64,000 nt of DNA from Coleofasciculus chthonoplastes F2-STO-03 (GTDB taxonomy: Bacteria; Cyanobacteriota; Cyanobacteriia; Cyanobacteriales; Coleofasciculaceae), in NCBI GenBank assembly GCA_040222015.1, contig JAVJWO010000047.1:96001-160000 (forward strand), written 5' to 3'. The notes beneath the pieces are model-generated. The model ran no database searches. It was not told the DNA's origin and was given only the letters and a program-made list of their open reading frames with translations. The position numbers and the translations under genes are program-made. Each line of letters begins with the position of its first letter. The first letter of the stretch is position 1. Of the stretch, positions 51,946-60,735 are shown one piece after another.

Positions 51946-52788
51946 TTGGATGAACTCAGAAGCGCCTTAGAACTGGCAACGGAAGACGAATTACAACAAC
52001 TGACACAAATTTTGTTCCGTCGTCAGTTTAATCCCCTAGACTATCTGCAAACCCCTGAACCCATCGACGTTCAAAGTCAAGATCGGCAGGTGTGGTTGGA
52101 TAATCTAGAGCAACGGTTTCGCTTTTTAGCCGCCGATGGGATGACTGTGCTTAAGGGACGCACCAATGACTTCACGTACCGACAAGCATTGATTCAGGTT
52201 TGCCGTTACCTGAAGATCCCTTATTCCCAAAAACTATCCACCACGGATCTAGAAGCAGAAATATTTCTTAACCTGATGAGTCGCGCCTGGAAAAAATTAC
52301 CCCAGGCTGAACAAAAATCGCTTACCGTGCGGGTACAACGCTCATTAGCCCAGTCGAATCAATCCCAACCGTTACCCGCACATATCCAGCACAATCCGAT
52401 GGATTTGTTGATTAAGGGGGGTTCGGCGTTAGCGGTGTCTTCCATTGTCAAGCCAATTATTCTTAAACAGGTAGCGCGTCAGTTTGCCATCCATTTTGCC
52501 CGCTATCAAGTGGCAAAACAAGCAGCGGTTCAGGGAGGAGCAGCAGCGGCGACTCAGTTTCAGAATTACCTGGTGCTGCAAACGGCGAAGCGGGGAATGG
52601 CAGCGAATGCAGCACGTTATGGGGCAACTCGCACCTTATTTGCTTTTGTCGGACCCGTATTGTGGGGCTATTTCTTCGCCGACTTAGGCTGGCGTGCGAT
52701 CGCGACAAATTACGGTCGGATTATCCCCACTATCTTAGCGTTAGCCCAAATTCGCCTACTCCGGAGCGAGTGTTGGGAACCGGTGTAG
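51946..52788 (+). CDS. YaaW-like conserved protein
   Basis: LDELRSALELATEDEL start after GGAGG; NYGRIIP..LAQIR tail. Confidence 0.75.
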   Translation: MDELRSALELATEDELQQLTQILFRRQFNPLDYLQTPEPIDVQSQDRQVWLDNLEQRFRFLAADGMTVLKGRTNDFTYRQALIQVCRYLKIPYSQKLSTTDLEAEIFLNLMSRAWKKLPQAEQKSLTVRVQRSLAQSNQSQPLPAHIQHNPMDLLIKGGSALAVSSIVKPIILKQVARQFAIHFARYQVAKQAAVQGGAAAATQFQNYLVLQTAKRGMAANAARYGATRTLFAFVGPVLWGYFFADLGWRAIATNYGRIIPTILALAQIRLLRSECWEPV

Positions 52789-52913
52789 CCTCGTTTTCCG
52801 ATTAATGCCAATATTTTTAGGGGAGGGAACTCGAACGGTTAAAATCGCTGAACGAAACGAAGTCCGCCTCGGCGGACTCAGGAAAAATTAGGGAATTATT
52901 CACCATTTACCAT

Positions 52914-53555
52914 TTACAGAAGTTTGACATTTGAGAAGTTAAACTCCTGAACGGACTCTTTGCCATCGGTTTCTGTGCGAATAATGCGCTGGGTCAGAAT
53001 AAAATAGTCGCCAACCTTTTCGTAATTATCTTCAAACACACTTTTACCGCCCTTTTGTTCACCCGTTTTGGGGTCATGGTAGACTGAATCATAACGGTGA
53101 GAAAGATAACCTTCCCCCGTGTTGTGGGAACTAAAGGTGTTAATCGTGACGACAACGCCGTGAATGTGACGGTGGACGTGGGTTACTTCATTATCACGGA
53201 CTTTGTAGCGATCGCCTTCTGCTTTACCACCCATTAAGAGTTCCACATCACCTGTCTCATCGGTATCCCCGAAGGAGAAGGTATTCTTCCCGTGGGTGTC
53301 TTCAAAGGAACGGCGAACCCGGTGAATCGCAGTTTCCCAGAGTTGAGAGTGAATCGCTTGCTTGGCGTCTTCGTCTTCGACATCAAAGACTTCGGCTTTC
53401 ATATCCGGGTTAACCCGAACCTTCCCTGTAACTACCTGATCATCCTGTTTGAATGTCACATCTGCGGTGTAACCGGGGAAGTTGTTATCCCAGGTGTAGC
53501 GGTTCTCATACGCCGCCCGAAAGAAATCACGAGCTGATGTTTGAACTCCAACCAT
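52914..53555 (-). CDS. DUF3386 family protein
   Basis: FRAAYENRYTWD..FPGY. Confidence 0.8.
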   Translation of the reverse strand: MVGVQTSARDFFRAAYENRYTWDNNFPGYTADVTFKQDDQVVTGKVRVNPDMKAEVFDVEDEDAKQAIHSQLWETAIHRVRRSFEDTHGKNTFSFGDTDETGDVELLMGGKAEGDRYKVRDNEVTHVHRHIHGVVVTINTFSSHNTGEGYLSHRYDSVYHDPKTGEQKGGKSVFEDNYEKVGDYFILTQRIIRTETDGKESVQEFNFSNVKLL

Positions 53556-53746
53556 CTGCTTCTCCTATATGTTTACTTTTGCGTTGCTGTAAACTAGCAT
53601 AGTCGGGACTATCCAGCCTGTATAGACCCCAAGTGGGTACTGTCTGCATCAACTACGCCACTGGGGAGCAGGGGAAAATAGTGAATGGTGCAAGATATGA
53701 GTTAAACGGCAAAGATTTTAACATCAACCCCGTTTATTTACAACTT

Positions 53747-54868
53747 CTAATTTATAGGTGCGACAATTTTTAACGTTTTAACCACAGGAATTATAGCTTC
53801 AGTTGTCAGGATAAATTGCTTTCTAATAAAAGGAGAAGTCATCGCGGACAGAAGACCCCCGTAATCCAGGTTAAAATTCACTTCATCTCCAACTTGTAAG
53901 TTGTGGTTCTTGCCGTCGAGAATAATATGATCACTGCTAGCTCCGAGTATTTCTAGCTTTTTCTTCGATTTCAAGCTAGATACCAGAACGTCCTGCCTTC
54001 CCAAAGCAATAATCACTCTCTGGCTAATTCCTCGATCTGAGAAACTAGGAACGTTTCCAAAAGCATCTTGACAGATCTCGCCAAATGGTATGGAGGGCTT
54101 TTTCTTGGACTCAATAACTTCGGCAACGAGTTTGAATGCCTCTGTGTGTAAACCTGGAATCGCTTTTCGGTTCACAGTTTCGCACCCTAAAAGGATGGAT
54201 TCACCCAAGCGAAGATTGTTGATATTGCCGATATATTGAGCAGATTTATACCATTCATAATTAGCCGAATTTCCGCCGGATATTATTTCCAAATTAATCT
54301 GAAATTCTTTTTGGATGCCATTAACCAGTTCAGACAATTTATGCATATTTTTATTGTCTGGCTTTACTCCACCATAACAAGCCAAATTGCAGCCAATACC
54401 AACAATTTTTATACGGGATAGAGAAAGAGTTTTTCTGATAAATTGAGAAAGATCACCAGGAAGTACCCCTTCCCGCAGATCTCCTAACTCTACCATCACA
54501 ATTATTTGATGATTTCTATTATGTATTTTTGCATAATAGGAAAGTTGCTTAATCGTCTCGATTTCAGTGTTTAGACTAATGTCTACACTGGTAACCACAG
54601 CTTCCGCCTGACTTAAAGGAGTGCGTAGAAGCACAAACTGAGTGGATATCCCAGCATTTTTCATTTTTTGAATGTTTTCAAGGCGAGAGTCAGCAATAAA
54701 TCTGACTCCACCTTGAATCATTGCCTCGACAATAGAAGGTTCTCCTAGCACTGCTTTGGAAACTCCCATCAATGAAATCCCTCTCTGCCCATAAAGTTCA
54801 CATAGCATTCGGGCATTGTCCCGTATTTGAGATAGGGAAATTTCTATCCTTGGCATAAACAATTTCAT
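53747..54868 (-). CDS. Alanine/ornithine racemase-family PLP enzyme
   Basis: GVSK PLP lysine, ADSR, ELGDLREG, SGGNS, LRLGES, GASSDH. Confidence 0.88.
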   Translation of the reverse strand: MKLFMPRIEISLSQIRDNARMLCELYGQRGISLMGVSKAVLGEPSIVEAMIQGGVRFIADSRLENIQKMKNAGISTQFVLLRTPLSQAEAVVTSVDISLNTEIETIKQLSYYAKIHNRNHQIIVMVELGDLREGVLPGDLSQFIRKTLSLSRIKIVGIGCNLACYGGVKPDNKNMHKLSELVNGIQKEFQINLEIISGGNSANYEWYKSAQYIGNINNLRLGESILLGCETVNRKAIPGLHTEAFKLVAEVIESKKKPSIPFGEICQDAFGNVPSFSDRGISQRVIIALGRQDVLVSSLKSKKKLEILGASSDHIILDGKNHNLQVGDEVNFNLDYGGLLSAMTSPFIRKQFILTTEAIIPVVKTLKIVAPIN

Positions 54869-54891
54869 TGATTATTTCCAGACGATTACGT

Positions 54892-56013
54892 CTACCTCAT
54901 TCCCAATACAGGCATTTTTTCTAAAGTTTTCTGCTTGATGGTTTGATTCAGGTTGGGAAAATGATCACCTAAGGCTTGAATGATTTTTTGGCATCCATGT
55001 TTCAAGACATCCATTGTCGGCAATTGAAACTGTCTCTCATAATCCTCTATGATTGTCAAAATCTCTTCATCTGCTAGGTTTTCATGGCTTAATGCAATCG
55101 CCATAACTTTAGCTTGAGAAATCGCTTCAATCAGTTTAATTTCGCTCTCAACAGTTGGCATTGGCAAATGAGGAAAATCGCACCGAAATTTCCTAGCTGG
55201 TGGATGTTGAAGGATAATACCATCGGGCATACTTCCTTTCAAGATGCCGAGAGAACTCATAAAAGCGGGATGACTAACGGCACTCTGTCCCTCAACTAAA
55301 ATGATGTCGGGACGTTCGTTCTCAAAGGCTTGAATAATAGAGTGTTCTATTTCACCAATCACAAATTGGGAAATCAAAGCATCAATCGATATGCCATACA
55401 TTGCTCCCTGCATCAAACCAGTTTGACCCGTCGCTATCAATACTGACTTTATGCCGAGAGTCTTGAGGGACTTGTTGAGTTCTATTGCGGTTGTCATTTT
55501 GCCGCAAGCACAATCTGTACCTAATATGGCGATTACAGGAACATTAATTTTAGAGAGTTGACCCGTAAAGACGTGCAAATCTTGTAATTGTGGAGGTTTT
55601 CTGATATCTTTAATTTGGATATTATGTTGGGCAGCCATCTGGGTAAACTCTTGATCTTCAGAGAAAAACTGATGAAGACCGTTAATGATATCCATTCCTT
55701 TTTCCATGGCTTCTAAGATAAGAAACCGTTCTGCCGGGGATATAAAGGCATCTAAAGGAGCTTTGCCATAAATGTAACAGTTGGGAACCTCTGAAAGGTT
55801 AATTAATGCTTCATTTAAATTAGAAAAAATGGGTATACCATTCTTTTCTTGCCCTAATTCTTCCCCTGCGTCTTTACCCGCTCGTGAACTATCAATCACC
55901 CCAACAATTGTATACCGTTCAGAGTGTCGAACCAACCCAGCGGCAGTTTTTCCGTCGGCTAAACTAAATTGATTTTCGCAGTAAATTAAAGCCGTTTCTT
56001 TTCTGATTGTCAT
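54892..56013 (-). CDS. DUF1611 protein (DgcN-like, P-loop)
   Basis: GKTAAGL, NGLH, GTDCACGKMTT, ATGQTG, VEGQ. Confidence 0.88.
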   Translation of the reverse strand: MTIRKETALIYCENQFSLADGKTAAGLVRHSERYTIVGVIDSSRAGKDAGEELGQEKNGIPIFSNLNEALINLSEVPNCYIYGKAPLDAFISPAERFLILEAMEKGMDIINGLHQFFSEDQEFTQMAAQHNIQIKDIRKPPQLQDLHVFTGQLSKINVPVIAILGTDCACGKMTTAIELNKSLKTLGIKSVLIATGQTGLMQGAMYGISIDALISQFVIGEIEHSIIQAFENERPDIILVEGQSAVSHPAFMSSLGILKGSMPDGIILQHPPARKFRCDFPHLPMPTVESEIKLIEAISQAKVMAIALSHENLADEEILTIIEDYERQFQLPTMDVLKHGCQKIIQALGDHFPNLNQTIKQKTLEKMPVLGMR

Positions 56014-56185
56014 TTCAATTAGTTTCTTTTAACTTTTTTTTTCACTCATCAGGAGACTTTTTGGTAATTGCCAAGTATCTCGACAATTTATAATTTTCTC
56101 TACATACTTGAAATCATTTCCTGGCAAGCTTCCTGTTAAATCGTCCCGGTTAAATCGTAGTTAAATCGTCCCGGTTAAATCGTAG

Positions 56186-56425
56186 TTAAATCGTATTGGA
56201 TAAACTTCTGTTTAAGCTAGCCATTTCAACCACAGCCTCTCGGTGAAACTGAATCACACAAGAGGCTGATTCCCGATAATGGACACGGGTACAGGTAGAT
56301 ACTTTTAGTGTGATTGTGTTGGGGGTCGAATCGAGTAACCGTTGCACCGTACAGGGTTGCCTCTTATTCTTGCAGTAGGCAATGATGCGATCGCCAACTT
56401 TAATATCGAGTGCTTGAACGTTCAT
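56186..56425 (-). CDS. Small hypothetical protein
   Basis: Strong RBS AAAGGAGGAG before the ATG; DIKVGDRI beta-rich start. Confidence 0.65.
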   Translation of the reverse strand: MNVQALDIKVGDRIIAYCKNKRQPCTVQRLLDSTPNTITLKVSTCTRVHYRESASCVIQFHREAVVEMASLNRSLSNTI

Positions 56426-56818
56426 TAATACTCCTCCTTTGGGTCAATGAATGGGTCAATGAATGGGTCAATGAATTGTCTGTGTCAGTCGTATCCAGCA
56501 CGAAAAACGGTTTATCGGTACGACTCAACCGAGGGACCATTAATTGTCTTGGAGGTGTCGTGATTGGCTAAGGCTTTTATTGCTCAAAGCCCGTCAGATC
56601 ATCAAGAGTAGATTTCTCGCTCCTAGCTACTCTACTGTTGTAGTACCTCTTCAGAGTAGCATATAAAAATTGCAAATTATATCAAAGTTAAAATTTTATC
56701 GTCAAGATAATGTCGCTATACTGTAATTACTGTTCACCCCGATCAAAAAATCGGCTCTCCTAAGCGTTCAGGTTAAACCATGCTGACTTATTTAACAATT
56801 CGTTCAAAATGATAGATT

Positions 56819-57553
56819 ATGACCGTGCCAAGTACGATGAACCGTTCTCTCCACAGTTTCTTCCAAGCGATCGCAGATGCTCGTGATGAGCAGGAACTTC
56901 GCCTGCAAATTATGGACGAATTAGGGGAGCATTTTCAGGCGCAGTATTGGGGGCTGTGTCTGCTCAACGAAGATTCTCACGCGGCTGAGGTGCAGATGCA
57001 AGGGGGAGCGGATACGGAGGGGTTTGTCGCCGATTACAATAAGCTGGCGCGAAAGGTCGATCCGGTGTTACGCTACGTCATCGAACACCATGCTCCTGCC
57101 CATGAACAACTGGTATTCTCTCCAGAGGTTTGGAAACAATCTGAACTGTACCAGAATTGTTATGCTCGCTACGATCACGAACATGTGATGATGGGTCCGA
57201 TTGTCAGTGGGGGGCGTTTGATGGGTGGGGTATATTTTGCCCGTGCTTCTGATGCACCTGCGTTTGATTATAAAGACTTGGCTGATTTAACCGGATTATG
57301 CTTGCATTTATCATCACGTCTGGCTACCTTGCGATCGCAAGCCAAAAAATCCCAGTCTCTCGTCGCCAATCGCCTCACTCCACGGGAACGGGAAATAGCT
57401 GATTTGGTTGCCAAGGGGTTGACAAATGCGGAGATTGGTGCTAAACTTTGGATTACCCAAAATTCAGTAAAACAGGCGCTGAAACGGATGTTCCGCAAGT
57501 TGAATGTATCGGCGCGTGCTGAATTGGTGGCGCGATTGCAGGATACGGTGTAG
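56819..57553 (+). CDS. GAF-like sensor + LuxR HTH regulator
   Basis: DPVLRYV; LTPREREIADLVAKGLTNAEIGAKLWIT. Confidence 0.9.
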   Translation: MTVPSTMNRSLHSFFQAIADARDEQELRLQIMDELGEHFQAQYWGLCLLNEDSHAAEVQMQGGADTEGFVADYNKLARKVDPVLRYVIEHHAPAHEQLVFSPEVWKQSELYQNCYARYDHEHVMMGPIVSGGRLMGGVYFARASDAPAFDYKDLADLTGLCLHLSSRLATLRSQAKKSQSLVANRLTPREREIADLVAKGLTNAEIGAKLWITQNSVKQALKRMFRKLNVSARAELVARLQDTV

Positions 57554-57777
57554 AGACATTACATGCAACGTCTCTACAATCGGGTAAGAAAAGGGTTCAA
57601 TAATGTCATACAACCCTAGATATTGCCAGAAAGAAATTAGTTTACAGGAAAATTAATAAAATGTAGGGGCGGGTTTAGGGACTCAATGAACGGGTAAATC
57701 CATACATTTTATACAAAACCCGCCCTGAACCCAACCGATAACCTCAATCTAAAATCCACCCATTACGGTTAAGAAGA

Positions 57778-57953
57778 GGGCGGATTTCGTTGTTTTGTTT
57801 GAGGTGTGTCTACCGATTTAATCCCTAAAGGAAGCCCCTACATATTGGGGTGCGATCGCGGTGGGGATTAGGGCGGGTTTCGTTGTTTTGTTTAGGGTGT
57901 GTCTACCGATTTAATCCCTAAAGGAAGCCCCTACATATTGGGGTGCGATCGCG
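57778..57953. repeat. Two-copy tandem duplication, period 93 bp
   Basis: Units start at 57778 and 57871; each ends in a HIP1 site. Confidence 0.9.
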
Positions 57954-58077
57954 GGTGGTGGGAAATGGGCAGGTTTGGTTATCAATGGAGTCAACTCGAT
58001 TCGGTATTACTAGCTTGGAGGAGAAGGAGTATCCTGAACAGTTTGCTAAACTAAGGTTAACCAATAGACAGCAACAG

Positions 58078-58713
58078 ATGGTTACGGGTGTAGGGATTAC
58101 AGACACTATAAAAAGCTTAAACGATCTGCGGGTGCGCTGTAATTTGCGTCAGACAGATGATGATCGGTTTTTCCACGAGTGGGTTGATGATTTACCTGAA
58201 CTCGACGAACGGGAACAGGCGGGTGTTGTTCGGATTAAGCAACGCTATGATTATCATCGCGGCGATGGTTTGTTATTGGAAGGTACGATTAATTTGGTGG
58301 TAGTTTCGCCACTTTTGGAACTTGCAGGGTTTCTTGATCCGCCTTTCCGCATTCGTTCGCCTTATGGGGTTGGGTTAGAACTTGATGATCCTGAAGAAAC
58401 GATTCGCGGTTTTATTGATACGTTGGTTGTACAAGAACAACTTTGGATTTTGGTGATTGAGTCGAAGCGAACAAGTATTCCAGTTCCGGCGGCTTTACCG
58501 CAGTTATTAGCTTATATGTTAGCGAGTCCGCAGAGGGAGCGCCAAGCGTTTGGTATGGCGACAAATGGGGATGAGTTTGTGTTTTTAAAGCTTAGTCAAG
58601 GAGATAGTCCAGAGTATGATGTATCACGGACATTTTCGCTGTTTCCCAGGCGACATGAGTTGGGTGAGGTTCTACGGATTTTGAAGCGGTTGGGACAAGG
58701 GGTGGTGGAGTGA
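58078..58713 (+). CDS. Stand-alone type I restriction R N-terminal-like PD-(D/E)xK protein
   Basis: GFIDTLV...VIESK...PQLLAYM...TNGDEF. Confidence 0.8.
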   Translation: MVTGVGITDTIKSLNDLRVRCNLRQTDDDRFFHEWVDDLPELDEREQAGVVRIKQRYDYHRGDGLLLEGTINLVVVSPLLELAGFLDPPFRIRSPYGVGLELDDPEETIRGFIDTLVVQEQLWILVIESKRTSIPVPAALPQLLAYMLASPQRERQAFGMATNGDEFVFLKLSQGDSPEYDVSRTFSLFPRRHELGEVLRILKRLGQGVVE

Positions 58714-59121
58714 GAGTATTCTTCGTAAAACGGCAAAAGTAATAAATTGTGCTACATTTGTCGTGAATATGGTAAATTTTATTTCGCAAATGATGTTGTT
58801 TTTTATAACAGAGGCATAGATCACTACAATATTCTCGATTAAGTCACCTTGATTTTTGTTGCCAACCCATTTTTCTATTGATAGGTTTGATAGGAACATC
58901 ATGCGGCTAGTTGGTCAAAGTAATCCAATAATTATTAGGATAGGACTTACGTAAAGCCTCTATTCGTAGGGTGTGTTAGCGTAGCGTAACGCACCTTTGT
59001 CATCATAAGTGGTGTCGCTGCGTAAGAGTAAAGGGCGACCCGATCAAATTGAGTGGATACTGTTGTTAATTTGTGCAGCGGGTCGCCCCTACGATAAACT
59101 ACATTCTGGAGCGATCGCGCC

Positions 59122-59445
59122 CTATCCTTCCTCCGGCTTGCGACCTATAATGGTACGATGTCGCGGGTCACTCGCCACAGTGACACGATGTTCAAATCCC
59201 ACCGTCTGCATCAATTCTTCTACATCCAAGGTGTAATAATCATCTGACCAAGGTTCAGTGCTTTTCATCAGGGTAAAAAGTACAGGTGGCAAATTTTGGA
59301 TGACGGGAGATTTGGGGTTATTATCGACTATCGCAACATAACCCCCAGGACGCAAAAGTCTCAGTATTTCCTGGAAAATCGCCTGAGTTGCTTGACGCGG
59401 GAGTTCATGAATCACGAATTGCAGTGTCACTAAGTCACTGATCAA
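59122..59445 (-). pseudogene. C-terminal fragment of a class I SAM methyltransferase
   Basis: DLVTLQFVIHELP...LLRPGG present; SAM-binding motif I missing; only ~30 bp to the upstream gene. Confidence 0.75.
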
Positions 59446-59477
59446 AGCACATCCCTCACAATCGCAATCTTTTTATT

Positions 59478-60479
59478 CTAATGCTTCAATACCAAGCGAT
59501 AGCGAGGTTTACCATGGCGCAGCTTTTCCATCGCCTCATTCACTTGTTCAAAGCTGAAGGTTTCGGTAATTGGCTCAACGCCCTGTCGTGCGGCAAAATC
59601 GAGCATCCTAGCAATGGTGACTGGACTCCCTAAGGGACTGGCTGAAATTGACTTTTGACCGGCAATCAGGGGGAAAATTTGGGTGGATAGGGGATTGGGT
59701 ATTACTCCAACGAAGTGTAACCGACCTTTGGGACGTAATGCAGCAATGTAGGCGTTCCAATCGAGGTCAGCATTCGCTGTAGAGATAATAAAGTCAAAGG
59801 AATTCTGCACGGATTCTAAGGCTTTGGGATCAGCCGAATTGATAAAATGAGTGGCTCCCAATTCCCGTGCTTCTGCTTCTTTGTCAGGACTACTGGAAAA
59901 TGCCGTGATCTCACACCCCCAAGCCTGGAGGAAACGCAAGGCGATATGACCTAATCCACCAATACCAATTACGCCAACGCGATCGCTGGGTTTAATGTCA
60001 AACTGGACGATGGGGTTAAATACAGTAATCCCGCCGCAGAACAAAGGACCTGCGGTAGCGGGATTTACCGCATCGGGTAAGGGAAACACCCAACTGTGAT
60101 CAGCGCGAACTTTATCCGCGAATCCACCATGACGACTGACAATTGTCCCTTCTACGTTCGAGCAAAGGTTGTGATTCCCTGACATACACCATTCGCACGT
60201 CATGCAGGAACCCGAAAACCACCCTAATCCAACTCGTTGTCCTAGGTTGAGTGTGGTAACTTTATCACCCAATGCAGCAATTGTACCCACAACTTCATGA
60301 CCTGGAACAAAGGGGTACTCGGTCATTCCCCACTCGTTGTCCAGCATACTTAGGTCACTGTGACAAATCCCGCAATACTCGACATTAATCTCTACGTCTT
60401 CATCACCGAGACTACCGGGATCGTACTCGAAGGGTTGGAGTTGTCCTCCGGGTTCATGAGCGGCATACGCTTTAATCAT
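59478..60479 (-). CDS. Zn-dependent NADPH aldehyde reductase/alcohol dehydrogenase (Ahr/YjgB-like)
   Basis: CGICHSD, GHE, CxxCxxC structural Zn site, GIGGLG. Confidence 0.93.
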   Translation of the reverse strand: MIKAYAAHEPGGQLQPFEYDPGSLGDEDVEINVEYCGICHSDLSMLDNEWGMTEYPFVPGHEVVGTIAALGDKVTTLNLGQRVGLGWFSGSCMTCEWCMSGNHNLCSNVEGTIVSRHGGFADKVRADHSWVFPLPDAVNPATAGPLFCGGITVFNPIVQFDIKPSDRVGVIGIGGLGHIALRFLQAWGCEITAFSSSPDKEAEARELGATHFINSADPKALESVQNSFDFIISTANADLDWNAYIAALRPKGRLHFVGVIPNPLSTQIFPLIAGQKSISASPLGSPVTIARMLDFAARQGVEPITETFSFEQVNEAMEKLRHGKPRYRLVLKH

Positions 60480-60735
60480 GATGAAATCTGTAATAGTTAC
60501 TGTTGATCATTTTACCGGAATAGCGATGGTGCAGGCTCCCCCGCGTTTCAATCGGTCGCGATATACTAGACGGATAAGTTGACTATCTCCTTGGTGATGT
60601 CTCTTTATCCCTAAGTCGAATGCCACTGACTGGTATGCTGGTGGGCAATGCCCACCCTACGGTATATTAAAGGTTTCGGCGATTCCCTAATGCACGCTTT
60701 TCAGTGCCATTAATCCCTAAGTCCCCTTGAGGCTA

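Noticed and set aside
56595..56660. SAM-I or guanidine-I riboswitch
   Set aside because: Only short fragments (ATCAAGAG, AAAAGCC) match; the remaining consensus cores are absent.
57778..57953. CRISPR array
   Set aside because: Only two long units, no unique spacers, no cas genes.
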